A stretch of 64,000 bases of DNA, from the NCBI GenBank assembly GCA_034435035.1, contig DAOTXW010000040.1, positions 83,144 through 147,143 on the forward strand, read 5' to 3'. This document shows, piece by piece, positions 1-10,085 of the stretch (position 1 is its first letter; each line of letters starts with the position of its first letter). The DNA comes from Anaerolineae bacterium. GTDB lineage: Bacteria > Chloroflexota > Anaerolineae > Aggregatilineales > UBA3940. The translations under genes and the position numbers were made by a program. Under the pieces are notes generated by a model. The model worked only from the letters and a program-made list of their open reading frames with translations, searched no databases and was not told the DNA's origin.

Positions 1-1
1 T

Positions 2-508
2 AGGTTCTGCCGGCGGCTGGATATCGACCGGTGCAGCCGTCGCTGAGGCTGGAGGGGCAGGGATGCTGGTGCCCGATGCCTGGCGGGCTGCCTGCCCGGG
101 ACCGGAAGGCACTCCCAGTGATACCAGAAAGACGACGGCCGCCGCAATCAGCACCAGCCCGGCAATCATGACCAGCCCCCAGCCCCAGTTCAGCGTTAGC
201 CACCGGATGAGGGATGGCTGGCCCTCCACGGGCCGGCCGCCTCCGGGAGAGAGACTCTCAACCGGTGCGGGTGGTTCTGGCAGGGGGTCCGCGTCAGCCG
301 CTTCCTCAAAGGGAACATCTTCCACCCAGCGGTTTCCCTCCTGGCGAAGCCAGCCCCCTGAATCGGGGTTGATGCGCCAGCGTCTGCCGGCGGCATCCGT
401 TCCCACCATCTGTTCCAGGCGACGGGCGAATTCTTCATAGGAGATATCGCCGCTGATGCATAACAGGCGCCAGGCCGAATAGCGCCGCCGCATGCTCTCA
501 AAGTCCAT
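2..508 (-). CDS. Hypothetical single-pass membrane protein, running off the window edge (3' end missing)
   Basis: Not in the ORF track; translated by hand. ATG at 508 follows GGGAGG. It reads MDFESMRRRYSAWRLLCISGDISYEEFARRLEQMVGTDAAGRRWRINPDSGGW..., then a TM segment (WGWGLVMIAGLVLIAAAVVFLVSLG) and a Pro/Ala/Thr-rich linker, open to position 2. Confidence 0.7.
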   Translation of the reverse strand, partial: MDFESMRRRYSAWRLLCISGDISYEEFARRLEQMVGTDAAGRRWRINPDSGGWLRQEGNRWVEDVPFEEAADADPLPEPPAPVESLSPGGGRPVEGQPSLIRWLTLNWGWGLVMIAGLVLIAAAVVFLVSLGVPSGPGQAARQASGTSIPAPPASATAAPVDIQPPAEP

Positions 509-662
509 TGCGAACCTCCCACTTCATTCGATACTCCCGATCGTAGTCTGCTGCTCCAGTTGGGTCAACTGCTGGCGCTCCAGCTCGAACAGCGTATACT
601 CACTGTCAAGCTGTAAGGTTATCTGGTATTGATTGCTGGACGCGGTTCACTGGAGACATTAC

Positions 663-1886
663 ATGATCTCGAAACCTTCCGGACGGCCTCCTGAGCAGGG
701 AGCGCGTCATGGCCTGGCCTTCATCGGCCTAGCCCTGCTGCTGATCGGTGGGATCAGGCACGCATCAGCGCGAACCCTATCTCCTTCCGACCCCATTGAG
801 CCGCGCTACTATGACAATCTTCCGCCGGCTCCCGGCAGTGATTCCATCTCACTGCCCGCAGCCTACGTACTGGCAGTGGCGTGGCCGCACTCCAGCGTCA
901 CCTACGCCATCCTCAACTGCCCGCGTTCCCTTGACTGCGAGGCTGCTCGTACGGCGGTGCGTCAGGCAGCGGCTGCCTGGGATGATGCGTCGGGCCTGAC
1001 CCTGACGGAGGTTAGCGGCAATGCCGATATTCGCATCTCGTGGGTGACCGGGGATCATGGGGACGGCTTCCCGCTGGATGGACCTGGCGGCGACCTGGGA
1101 CACACCTTCTTTCCCGCTCCTGCGCTGGGCTCGCTTGCTGGAGACATTCACCTGGATGATGATGAGATCTGGGTAGTTGGGCCGGCAGATGAGCCTGGCG
1201 AGGTCGATCTGATGACAACTATCCTGCATGAACTCGGCCATGCACTGGGTCTGGATCACTCGTGGGACCCTTATGCCCTGATGTGGCCGCTGTATACAGG
1301 CATTCGCGGACTGGCCCCGGACGATGTCGCAGGCATCCAGCAGCTCTACGGGCCCCCCGATGCGGGCGACGCCGAGCCGGCTTCCGATATTGGCAGTGTG
1401 AACGCTACAGCCAGCGATACCCTCCGGCTGCGGGCCGGGCCGGATACAACCTATCCGCAGATAGACAGCATCCCTGCCGGGACGACGCTGCCTGTGCTGG
1501 GGAGAGACTCGGCTGGCGACTGGCTGTACGTGGATTTCTTGGGCCAGCGAGGCTGGGTGGCGGGGTGGTACTGCACCCTGAGTGGCAGCCTGAGCGGCGT
1601 GCCGGTTGTGCCAGCTGATGGCTCCGGCGCGTCCGCTCCATCGACTCCACTCCCCGCGCCCGGCGCTGTCACCGCGGAATCGGGATTCACGCTCCGGCTG
1701 CGCTCCGGTCCGGGGATGGATTCGGCGCAGATCGGTACCATCCCGGCCGGCACCGGGATGATTGTACTGGGGCGGAATGCCTCGGGTCAATGGCTGTATG
1801 TGGCCAGCGGTGCGCAGCGTGGTTGGGTAGCTGGCTGGCTGTGCACGGTTAAGGGGGATCTGGGCAGCGTGCCGACTTTAGACTAA
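663..1886 (+). CDS. Secreted matrixin-family (M10/metzincin) zinc metalloprotease with two C-terminal bacterial SH3 (SH3b) domains
   Basis: HELGHALGLDH zinc motif, Met-turn ALMWP, GHTFFP and DIHLDDDE motifs. Two repeats of LRLRxGP...WLYV...GWVAGW. Hydrophobic N-terminal signal. Start at 663 preferred over the ORF-track 633. Confidence 0.9.
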   Translation: MISKPSGRPPEQGARHGLAFIGLALLLIGGIRHASARTLSPSDPIEPRYYDNLPPAPGSDSISLPAAYVLAVAWPHSSVTYAILNCPRSLDCEAARTAVRQAAAAWDDASGLTLTEVSGNADIRISWVTGDHGDGFPLDGPGGDLGHTFFPAPALGSLAGDIHLDDDEIWVVGPADEPGEVDLMTTILHELGHALGLDHSWDPYALMWPLYTGIRGLAPDDVAGIQQLYGPPDAGDAEPASDIGSVNATASDTLRLRAGPDTTYPQIDSIPAGTTLPVLGRDSAGDWLYVDFLGQRGWVAGWYCTLSGSLSGVPVVPADGSGASAPSTPLPAPGAVTAESGFTLRLRSGPGMDSAQIGTIPAGTGMIVLGRNASGQWLYVASGAQRGWVAGWLCTVKGDLGSVPTLD

Positions 1887-1892
1887 TGCTGC

Positions 1893-2432
1893 TCAGCGGA
1901 TCATCATCACCGTCGCAATAATCAGGCATAAGGTGATTGCGCCGCCTGCAACGGCAGCAGCCATCAGCATGCGCTGCTGCCGTTGCGCCTGTGTCTGCTG
2001 ATGGCGCAGATTGCGCAGCCGCTCACGCTCCTCAGCTTCCAGTCGTTCGCGCTCGCGCTGCATGTACATCATATCGCGACCCTTGGTCTGCACAAGTTCT
2101 TCCCTCATCAGCGCGGTGCTGCGCCGCTGACCTGCAGACGTGCGCATGAAGACTGATGAGAGGGTGTCCAGCGGGGTGGCGCAACTCATGCAGTGATCAA
2201 TCCCCGGTGGATTATGGTGATTGCAGACCGGGCAGACTCTGCCCAGCGTAAGACCACAGTTCATACACTTACGCGCCGAAGCCGGGTTTGCAGTGCCGCA
2301 AGACGGACATTCGACTTCATCGCGCGGGGAACCCAGATTAGCGCCGCAGTGGCTGCAAATAAGGTTACCCGTGGGATCATGCTCAAATCTGCTTGCCCCG
2401 CACGAGGGGCAGGAAATGCGTTCGAGGCTCAT
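1893..2432 (-). CDS. Zinc-ribbon protein (six CxxC pairs) with coiled coil and C-terminal TM anchor
   Basis: CPSC, CSHC, CPSC, CMNC, CPVC, CMSC; an E/R/Q-rich helix; hydrophobic C-terminus. Confidence 0.8.
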   Translation of the reverse strand: MSLERISCPSCGASRFEHDPTGNLICSHCGANLGSPRDEVECPSCGTANPASARKCMNCGLTLGRVCPVCNHHNPPGIDHCMSCATPLDTLSSVFMRTSAGQRRSTALMREELVQTKGRDMMYMQRERERLEAEERERLRNLRHQQTQAQRQQRMLMAAAVAGGAITLCLIIATVMMIR

Positions 2433-2606
2433 GTTCCTATATCCACCATCCGTGTAAACGAGCGCTCTTTATGTGATTACACGCACCAGTATAATCAATG
2501 TGGGGCTGTGAGGGAAGGAAGCGCGCTGGAGACTGCAACCCTGGCCGTGCAGACACGTAGTACTCTATACAAGTTGACGATCTAACACTGTGGAGCCAAC
2601 AAACTG

Positions 2607-3146
2607 ATGCCTGAGAGTGTTCTTCGTGAGCCATCTGCACGGCCTCTGCCGGAAACCACCGTCGAGGAGCGCACATGGGCCGCGGTTGCGCATGTTAGCG
2701 CACTGCTGACCATCCCGATTGCGTTCCTGTCGGCGGGCGTCGGCGCGATCCCGTTTGTCTTTATTCCCCTGGGCATCTACCTCATGTACTACCGGCGCTC
2801 ACGCTTCGTAGCATTCCATGCCGCACAGGCGCTGGCGCTTCAGGTTATAGGCTCGGTAGGGTACTTTTTGTTCACATTGGTTGGGGCTCTGCTGATCGCG
2901 CTGGTGACAGTACTCGGCGCACTGCTGACGGTCATACTGGTTGGTATTCTGGTTCTGCTGCTGGTCCCGGTGATTGCGGTTGCGTATGCAGGCCTGTATG
3001 TGGTCGTCCCGATCGTGTTCTCGGTGCTGGGGGTGGTTGCCGCAGCGGAGACCATGAGCGGGCGCGATTACTACTATCCCTATCTGGGGCAGTGGGTTGA
3101 AAGCTGGCTCAGCCGGACGACGGCCACCCCGGCGCCGGCAGTCTAA
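2607..3146 (+). CDS. DUF4870-like membrane protein
   Basis: ERTWAAVAH...SRFVAFHAAQALALQ...GRDYYYPYLG pattern with three hydrophobic segments. Confidence 0.8.
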   Translation: MPESVLREPSARPLPETTVEERTWAAVAHVSALLTIPIAFLSAGVGAIPFVFIPLGIYLMYYRRSRFVAFHAAQALALQVIGSVGYFLFTLVGALLIALVTVLGALLTVILVGILVLLLVPVIAVAYAGLYVVVPIVFSVLGVVAAAETMSGRDYYYPYLGQWVESWLSRTTATPAPAV

Positions 3147-3165
3147 CCCTGGCTGTATCTCTGTG

Positions 3166-3203
3166 GGGGGTGGGGCGGCTAATCGCCTCACCCCCTGCTT
3201 TTT
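3166..3203 (+). terminator. Intrinsic terminator after the DUF4870 gene
   Basis: 12-bp stem gggggtggggcg/cgcctcaccccc (one G-U pair), 6-nt loop, followed by tgcttttt. Confidence 0.75.
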
Positions 3204-3240
3204 GATCACGCTCCTCCGATTTAGCTTTTAAGTTGACCTG

Positions 3241-3249
3241 TGCTACAAT
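3241..3249 (+). promoter_or_regulatory. Extended -10 promoter element of the glycogen operon
   Basis: TGcTACAAT about 70 nt upstream of the GH57 start. Confidence 0.5.
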
Positions 3250-3318
3250 CCCTGCAGCCCTCCTGATCCCCGCCGGGCCTGATCACCGGCCCGCAGTTGT
3301 AGCGAAAGGCAACAATCG

Positions 3319-5013
3319 GTGAATCCTATAGGCGCTTTCACCTTTGTCCTGCACAGTCACCTTCCCTATGCGCGGATGGCCGGACGCTGGCCCCATGGTG
3401 AGGAATGGATTCACGAGGCTGCTGCGGAGACCTATATTCCCCTGCTCAATGCTCTGTACGATCTGCACGAGGCGGGTGTTGCCTATCAAGCCACTATTGG
3501 TCTGACTCCGATTCTCGTTGAGCAGCTCAGCGATCCCGATGTGCTTGACAATCTTGATGCGTACCTGGACGAGAAGATCGCCTCGGCCAGCGCAGATATT
3601 GCGCGCTTTGAAAAGCTGACACCGCCCGATCTCCACATGGCATATCTGGCCCGGTGGTACACGGGCTGGTTTGAGGATGTCAAGCGCAGTGTTGACACCC
3701 GCTTTGGACGGGACCTGATCGGGGCGTTCCGCAGGCTCCAGGATGCCGGGCGCATTGAGATCACTACCTCGGCGGCCACTCACGGCTATCTGCCGCTGCT
3801 CAGCCGGGACTCTTCGATCTATGGGCAGATCAAAACCGGCGTCGAGGCCTATCGGCACCATTTTGGCCGTGCGCCGCGCGGCATCTGGCTGCCTGAATGC
3901 GCCTATCGCCCCGCTTACGTAGATGATGCGGGCCGGCTCCGGCCTGGTCTGGAGCAGTTCCTGCATGAACTGGGGATCGAGGTCTTCTTCAGCGAGACTC
4001 ATACCATTGAAGGTGGCCAGCCGGTCGGCGTGGCTGCCGGTGACGCAATTGGCCCTTATGGTGAGGTTAAGCGCCGGTATGTGATCCCGGTTCAAGCAGC
4101 GATTCCGCGCCGGGAGGCCTCAACCTTCAAGCCCTATTATGTATCGGATACGGCTGGCGGGCCGAATGCGCCGCAGCATTCCGGCGTGGCCGTGATCGGA
4201 AGGGACAATCGCACCGGGATGCAGGTGTGGTCGGCGGACTGGGGCTACCCGGGTGACTATGATTACCGGGAGTTTCATAAGAAGGATGGGATCTCAGGTA
4301 TGCAGTACTGGCGCGTGACCGGTGCAAGGGTGGACCTGGGTTTCAAAGATGCCTATCATCCCGACTGGGCGATGAGTAAGGTCTCTGAGCATGCCCGCCA
4401 CTTTGCCTGGCTGGTCGCGGATCGCCTGAAGCAGTACCACAATGAGACGGGCGGCTATGGGCTGATCGCATCCAACTATGACACGGAACTGTTCGGCCAC
4501 TGGTGGTTTGAAGGGATCGAGTGGATCAAGCAGGTGCTGATGCTGCTGGCCGAAGATCCGGCCGTGGAGCTGGTGACCGCCAGCGGCTTTGTGGAGCGCC
4601 ACCCCCCTGCCGAGGTGCTCCATATCCCGGAAAGCTCGTGGGGGATGGGCGGCAATCACTGGACGTGGGATAACCACGATACGCACTGGATGTGGGCGCC
4701 AATCCATGCGGCGGAAGCACGCATGGAAGCTCTGGCGGCGCGCTTCGTGGATCCCTCGGAGGATGAGCGGGCTGTGCTTAACCAGGCTGCACGTGAGCTG
4801 CTACTGCTGCAGTCCAGTGACTGGCCGTTTCTGGTCACAACCGGCCAGGCGCGGGAGTACGCCATCCGCCGATTCACCCGGCATGTCGAGCGCTTCGAAG
4901 CGCTGGCTGCAGGATTGGAAACCGGGCAGCCTGATCGCCGGATGGCGGACGAGCTGTATGAGGTGGATAAGATCTATCCGGATATCGACTATCGCTGGTT
5001 CCGCCCACGCTGA
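3319..5013 (+). CDS. GH57 1,4-alpha-glucan branching enzyme (DUF1957 type)
   Basis: FVLHSHLPY, GEEWIHEA, GIWLPECAY (nucleophile Glu), YDTELFGHWWFEG (acid/base Asp), ELLLLQSSDWPF. Confidence 0.92.
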   Translation: MNPIGAFTFVLHSHLPYARMAGRWPHGEEWIHEAAAETYIPLLNALYDLHEAGVAYQATIGLTPILVEQLSDPDVLDNLDAYLDEKIASASADIARFEKLTPPDLHMAYLARWYTGWFEDVKRSVDTRFGRDLIGAFRRLQDAGRIEITTSAATHGYLPLLSRDSSIYGQIKTGVEAYRHHFGRAPRGIWLPECAYRPAYVDDAGRLRPGLEQFLHELGIEVFFSETHTIEGGQPVGVAAGDAIGPYGEVKRRYVIPVQAAIPRREASTFKPYYVSDTAGGPNAPQHSGVAVIGRDNRTGMQVWSADWGYPGDYDYREFHKKDGISGMQYWRVTGARVDLGFKDAYHPDWAMSKVSEHARHFAWLVADRLKQYHNETGGYGLIASNYDTELFGHWWFEGIEWIKQVLMLLAEDPAVELVTASGFVERHPPAEVLHIPESSWGMGGNHWTWDNHDTHWMWAPIHAAEARMEALAARFVDPSEDERAVLNQAARELLLLQSSDWPFLVTTGQAREYAIRRFTRHVERFEALAAGLETGQPDRRMADELYEVDKIYPDIDYRWFRPR

Positions 5014-5021
5014 GTCCGGGT

Positions 5022-6482
5022 TTGCCTGCCATGAATGTGCTTTTCCTGGCTGCGGAGTGTGCGCCGTTTGTTAAAGTCGGCGGCTTGGGGGATGTCGTTG
5101 GGACGCTGCCCCAGGTGCTCAATCGGCTGGGCGGCCATGATGTGCGCGTGATGATCCCGCATCACGGGGTCATCCATGATTCACGCTACGGGATCCGCCT
5201 GCGGGAGACCGCACCCCTGATGTGGAATGGCGCGGAGACGCTGGTAGAAGTCAGCACTGTCGAGCGTGAAGGCGTGCCGATCTACCTGCTGCGTGGCTGG
5301 CCGTTCTTTTCCTCCGACGAAACCTTCATCTACCACCTGGACGAAGGCATCGACGCCGGGCGGTTCCTCTTCTTCATTGGTGCTGCCCTTGACCTGACAC
5401 GGCGGTTAGCAGCCCGTGAAGGGTGGCGGCCGGACCTGGTTCATATCCACGACTGGCATACGGCATTGACTTCCTACCTGCTGGAACGCCCGTACGCAGA
5501 TGATCCGGTCATAGGGCGTCTGCCGACCGTGCTCTCGATTCACAACATGATGTATCAGGGATGGGGCATCGGCTGGCACATTGCCCGGGCCGGGCTGCCG
5601 CCAGTCGATCATCCTCTGCTGCGGGCCATGGGCCGCAGCGACAACGCCCTGGCCATCGGGATCGCGTACAGCACCATGCTCAGCACTGTCAGCCCGACCT
5701 ATGCTCACGAGATCACTACGATGGAGGGAGGCTATGGGCTGGACGGGCTGGTCCATGCCAGACTCCAGCGCCTGGTCGGTGTCCTGAATGGCATTGACAT
5801 GATCCGCTGGAACCCGGCCACAAGCAGCGCGGTAGCTGTGCCCTATGATCTGGATACCCTGGCCCGACGGGCCGGCAATAAACCTGCCCTCCAGGCTGCG
5901 GTAGGGCTGCCTGTGCGGCCAGAGGTGCCGCTGGCGGGTGCAGTCACGCGGCTGGTGGAGCAAAAAGGGATTGATATCCTGATACCGGCAATTCGCCATG
6001 TGCTGGGCAGCCGCGACATGCAGTTTGTCGTGCTGGGAACCGGAATGCCGCATTTCGAAGCCCGGATGCTGGCGCTCCAGCAAGAATATCCGGACCGGGT
6101 GTCGGTTCAACTGACATTTAACGAGCCGCTGTCTGAGTTGATCTACGCCGGGGCTGATCTGTTCCTGATGCCCTCTCTATTTGAGCCTTGCGGAATCGGG
6201 CAGATGATCGCCATGCGATATGGCTGCCTGCCACTGGTGCGGCATGTTGGCGGGCTGGCTGACACAGTCGATGCGGACACCGGGTTTACCTTCGCGGCTT
6301 ACGAGGCGGGGGCTCTCATCGGGGCCCTCTGGCAGGCGATGGATGTCTACGAGGGCGACAAAACAAGCTGGGAGAGCATCCAGCGGCAGGCTATGGTCCG
6401 TGATTTCTCTTGGGAAACGTCGGCGCGTCGCTATCTGAGTCTGTATGAGCAGGCTGTTGCACTCCAACGTCAGTATGCGTGA
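5022..6482 (+). CDS. glgA: Glycogen synthase (GT5)
   Basis: ECAPFVKVGGLGDV ADP-glucose motif, HIHDWHT, SIHNMMYQG, MPSLFEPCGIGQMIAMRYG. Confidence 0.95.
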   Translation: MPAMNVLFLAAECAPFVKVGGLGDVVGTLPQVLNRLGGHDVRVMIPHHGVIHDSRYGIRLRETAPLMWNGAETLVEVSTVEREGVPIYLLRGWPFFSSDETFIYHLDEGIDAGRFLFFIGAALDLTRRLAAREGWRPDLVHIHDWHTALTSYLLERPYADDPVIGRLPTVLSIHNMMYQGWGIGWHIARAGLPPVDHPLLRAMGRSDNALAIGIAYSTMLSTVSPTYAHEITTMEGGYGLDGLVHARLQRLVGVLNGIDMIRWNPATSSAVAVPYDLDTLARRAGNKPALQAAVGLPVRPEVPLAGAVTRLVEQKGIDILIPAIRHVLGSRDMQFVVLGTGMPHFEARMLALQQEYPDRVSVQLTFNEPLSELIYAGADLFLMPSLFEPCGIGQMIAMRYGCLPLVRHVGGLADTVDADTGFTFAAYEAGALIGALWQAMDVYEGDKTSWESIQRQAMVRDFSWETSARRYLSLYEQAVALQRQYA

Positions 6483-6500
6483 TCGGGAGGCTAGACGCTC

Positions 6501-7763
6501 ATGAAGGTACGCGCGGTTATTCTGGCTGGTGGCGAAGGGACACGCCTGAAGGTGCTCACACGCAAGCGTGCCAAGCCGGCTGTCCCCTTTGCCGGCAAGT
6601 ACAGGATCATCGACTTCACACTCTCCAACTGCGTCAACTCAGGGATTTTCGACATTATGATCCTGACGCAGTATCGTCCCCACTCGCTTAATGAGCATAT
6701 CGCCAACGGCCGCCCCTGGGATCTGGATCGCACCTTCAGCGGGGGGGTGCAGTTGCTCCAGCCGTTCATTGGCCGAGAAGTCTCAGACTGGTATGCCGGG
6801 ACGGCTGACGCGGTCTATCAGAACATCAATTTCATCCGCCAGCGGGACCCGGATCTCATCCTGATTCTGTCCGGTGATCATGTGTATGAGATGGACTATG
6901 AACGGTTGATTACCTTTCATCAGGAACACGACGCTGATGCGACGGTCTGCACGATACGCGTGCCCATAGAAGAAGCATCACGCTATGGCATCATGACGAT
7001 CGACGACCGCTACCGGGTCACTGACTTTGTTGAGAAGCCCTCAACTCCCCCCGGTAATCTGGCATCAATGGGCGTTTACCTCTTCCGGCTGGAAGTCCTT
7101 GACCGGCTGCTGCGAGCCGATGCGGCCCGCAGCACCTCGTCGCATGACTTTGGCAAGGACATCATCCCCCGGATGATTGAGGATCAAATGCGGGTCTTTG
7201 CCTATCCTTTCGCCGGTTACTGGGTCGATGTGGGGACGGTGGATGCCTACTGGGAAACGCATATGGATCTGGTGGCACACCCGCCCGCTCTCGATCTCAC
7301 CGACCGGTCCTGGATCATTCACACCCGCAGCGAGGAACGGCCCCCGGTGCGCATTGAAGCAGGGGCGCAGTGCATCGACAGCTTGATCACCGATGGTTCA
7401 GTGATTGCAGGCGGGGCAATAGTGGAGCGATCAATTCTTTCACCGGGCGTTTACGTTGGCCCGGATGCAGTCGTGCGGGAGTCCATTATTCTGACAGACT
7501 CGTATATCGAGGCGGGCGCTGTCGTTGAGCGGGCCATCATTGACAAGAACTGCGTGATCGGCCACAAGGCGCGCGTCGGGCAGATCGTGGAGGGTGCTGC
7601 GGAACTCGGCATTGTCATGGTAGGCAAGAATACGCATCTGCCGACCGGCATTGTTGTCGGGCGTGGGGCGACCCTTGGTTCCGATCTGCGCAACGAGAAT
7701 TTCCCGGACCCTGTGATTCCGGAGAATGCCTACATCCATTCGATGCAGCATGAGGATTACTGA
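6501..7763 (+). CDS. glgC: Glucose-1-phosphate adenylyltransferase
   Basis: [65 protein letters not shown]. Confidence 0.97.
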   Translation: MKVRAVILAGGEGTRLKVLTRKRAKPAVPFAGKYRIIDFTLSNCVNSGIFDIMILTQYRPHSLNEHIANGRPWDLDRTFSGGVQLLQPFIGREVSDWYAGTADAVYQNINFIRQRDPDLILILSGDHVYEMDYERLITFHQEHDADATVCTIRVPIEEASRYGIMTIDDRYRVTDFVEKPSTPPGNLASMGVYLFRLEVLDRLLRADAARSTSSHDFGKDIIPRMIEDQMRVFAYPFAGYWVDVGTVDAYWETHMDLVAHPPALDLTDRSWIIHTRSEERPPVRIEAGAQCIDSLITDGSVIAGGAIVERSILSPGVYVGPDAVVRESIILTDSYIEAGAVVERAIIDKNCVIGHKARVGQIVEGAAELGIVMVGKNTHLPTGIVVGRGATLGSDLRNENFPDPVIPENAYIHSMQHEDY

Positions 7764-7862
7764 TCCCGTCACCCTGGCTGTTGCCGTTGCGTTGTACCTG
7801 CGTTAGTCTAAGAGTGCGGCATATCGCTAACTCCAGTTCACCAAGGGATAGCATCAGCGCGA

Positions 7863-10046
7863 ATGACACCCAAAATATATCTGTCTCTGGCAATCCATAA
7901 CCATCAGCCTGTGGGGAACTTCGGCTGGGTTTTTGAAGAGGCCTATGAAAAATCGTACCTCCCTATGGTGGAGTGTCTGGAGCGACATCCGGCGGTCCGG
8001 TTGGCGCTGCACTACACGGGCCCGCTGAGGGATTGGCTCCTGGTGCACAAACCGGATTTCTTTCCGCGCATCCGCCTGCTGGTGGAGCGCGGGCAGGTCG
8101 AGATACTCAGCGGAGCCTACTATGAACCGGTGTTGGTCGCCCTGCCGGATGCTGACAAGGTGGGGCAGGTCCGCAAGCAGACCCGGTCGATTGTCGATGA
8201 TTTCGGTTACGAGGCCTCTGGCATCTGGCTTGCTGAGCGGATCTGGGAGCCGCATCTCCCGCGGCCGTTGGCTGAGGCCGGGGTCAGCTATACCATCGTC
8301 GATGATACGCACTTCAAAAATGTGGGTTACCACGACAGCGACCTCTTCGGCTACTACGTCACGGAAGAACAGGGCCGGGCGCTGAAGATATTCGCTACCT
8401 CCATGCAGCTGCGCTACTCGCTGCCGTGGAGCCCGGTAGAGAATGTGCTCACCTGGCTGAGGGAGCAGGCCGATGCAGAAGATGCGACCGGATTGTATCT
8501 GGGACGCGCGCGGGTTGCGGTCATGGGCGATGATGGCGAGAAGTTCGGGTTGTGGCCCGGTACTTACCAGCATGTGTGGCAGGATGGCTGGATGGATCAG
8601 TTCTTCACGGCCCTCACAGAGAACAACGATTGGGTCGGGACTATCCCCCCGGGGGACTTTGCGCGTCAATATCCCAGTCTGGGTCGGGTCTATCTGCCCA
8701 CCGCGTCCTATGACGAGATGGGTGAATGGGCGCTGCCGCCCGATGCGGCCTGGGAGCTGCCCCATCTGAAGCACAGGCTGATTGACGAGGGGCGCCAGGA
8801 TATTGCTCGCTACATGCGGGGCGGTTTGTGGCGCAACTTCATGGTGAAATATCCGGAGGTCAACCAACTGCACAAAAAGGCGCTGTGGGTCAGTCGGAAA
8901 GTACATGCGATGCCGGAGGGGCCGCAGAAGGAGCAGGGGCTTGATCTGCTGTGGGCCGGGCAGTGTAACTGCGGCTACTGGCACGGCGTGTTTGGCGGCA
9001 TCTATCTTTTTCATATCCGCACGGCTGACTATGAGAACCTGATCCGGGCCGAGAACCTCGCCGATGCCGAACGGCCGGGATCGTTTGCGCGTGCCGAAGT
9101 GGTTGACTTCGACCTCGACGCAATTGATGATGTGGTGATCACCACCGATCGGCACAGTCTGGTCTTCTCCGCGGACAAGGGCGGATCGCTGGTGGAGTGG
9201 GATTTCCGTCCTGCCGCCTATAATCTGATCAACGTGCTGACCCGCTACCGCGAGGGTTACCACCGCACTCTGTTGGAAGCTGCTGCGCGCGGCGAGATCA
9301 TCACGCCAGACTCGCCGCCTCCCAGCTCAGGTGCGCCTGAGACCATTCACACGATGGTAGTGCGTGCGCGTGAGGCTAACCTGGAACAGAAGTTGTTTTA
9401 TGACTGGCACCGCCGCACCAGCCTGCTGGATCATTTCCTCGGTGATGCGGCTACGCTGGACAGTTTCTACCGCGCGAACTACCCGGAGCAGGGTGACTTC
9501 ACCAACCAGCTCTATCAGCACGCGATTGTCGAAGACGGCGAATCCGGGGTGACGGTGCGTCTGTGGCGAGATGGGCAGGTATGGCAGGGGCCAGTGCCGC
9601 TCCCGGTGCGGGTCGAGAAGGTAATTCGTGTGGCGGCGGGCAGCAACATCGTGCATGTCCGCTATCAGATCACCAATGGCGAGGCTGGCCTGCTGCATAT
9701 GAGGTTCGGCGTCGAAACCAACTGGGGCTTTGCAGGTGGGGATGATATGCGCCACACCTATCTGAGCCGTGGCTTCGGGCGCTATTCGCTGGCAGAGATC
9801 GCTGCCAGTGAAGAGGTGACAGACCTGTCACTGACCAGCGAACTGTGGGGCATTCGGGTTGATATCCAGGCGGATCTCCCTGCTTCGCTCTGGCACTTCC
9901 CGCTGGAGGGGGTGTCGGCCTCAGAGGCAGGCTTTGAGCGCAACTACCAGGGCACTACCGCCATACTGTGGTGGCCGCTGAGGCTGGAACCAGGGGAAAG
10001 CTGGCATACCAGCCTGCAGTTTACGATTCATGATATGAAGAACTGA
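7863..10046 (+). CDS. GH57 alpha-amylase / 4-alpha-glucanotransferase (DUF1925/DUF1926 type)
   Basis: HNHQPVGNF, GIWLAERIW, MGDDGEKFG, QCNCGYWHGVFGGIYL, C-terminal beta-sandwich ending SASEAGFERNYQG. Confidence 0.9.
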   Translation: MTPKIYLSLAIHNHQPVGNFGWVFEEAYEKSYLPMVECLERHPAVRLALHYTGPLRDWLLVHKPDFFPRIRLLVERGQVEILSGAYYEPVLVALPDADKVGQVRKQTRSIVDDFGYEASGIWLAERIWEPHLPRPLAEAGVSYTIVDDTHFKNVGYHDSDLFGYYVTEEQGRALKIFATSMQLRYSLPWSPVENVLTWLREQADAEDATGLYLGRARVAVMGDDGEKFGLWPGTYQHVWQDGWMDQFFTALTENNDWVGTIPPGDFARQYPSLGRVYLPTASYDEMGEWALPPDAAWELPHLKHRLIDEGRQDIARYMRGGLWRNFMVKYPEVNQLHKKALWVSRKVHAMPEGPQKEQGLDLLWAGQCNCGYWHGVFGGIYLFHIRTADYENLIRAENLADAERPGSFARAEVVDFDLDAIDDVVITTDRHSLVFSADKGGSLVEWDFRPAAYNLINVLTRYREGYHRTLLEAAARGEIITPDSPPPSSGAPETIHTMVVRAREANLEQKLFYDWHRRTSLLDHFLGDAATLDSFYRANYPEQGDFTNQLYQHAIVEDGESGVTVRLWRDGQVWQGPVPLPVRVEKVIRVAAGSNIVHVRYQITNGEAGLLHMRFGVETNWGFAGGDDMRHTYLSRGFGRYSLAEIAASEEVTDLSLTSELWGIRVDIQADLPASLWHFPLEGVSASEAGFERNYQGTTAILWWPLRLEPGESWHTSLQFTIHDMKN

Positions 10047-10085
10047 GCGATAGGAGAGCATCTCGCTTTCGTTGGCGAGTCGACT

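Noticed and set aside
196-522. 108-aa minus-strand ORF in the track
   Set aside because: Wrong frame; the frame starting at ATG 508 has an RBS and a clear TM protein and runs off the window.
523-645. Short protein-like minus-strand reading (…LDSEYTLFELERQQLTQLEQ…)
   Set aside because: No start codon before the upstream in-frame stop; about 40 codons in a divergent promoter region.
7854-9263. 469-aa antisense ORF over the GH57 amylase (also 3283..4095, 11505..12458, 36970..38013, 44402..45166, 58054..59031, 61501..62688)
   Set aside because: Shadow ORFs expected from GC-rich codon bias opposite or within well-supported genes; no motifs and no RBS.
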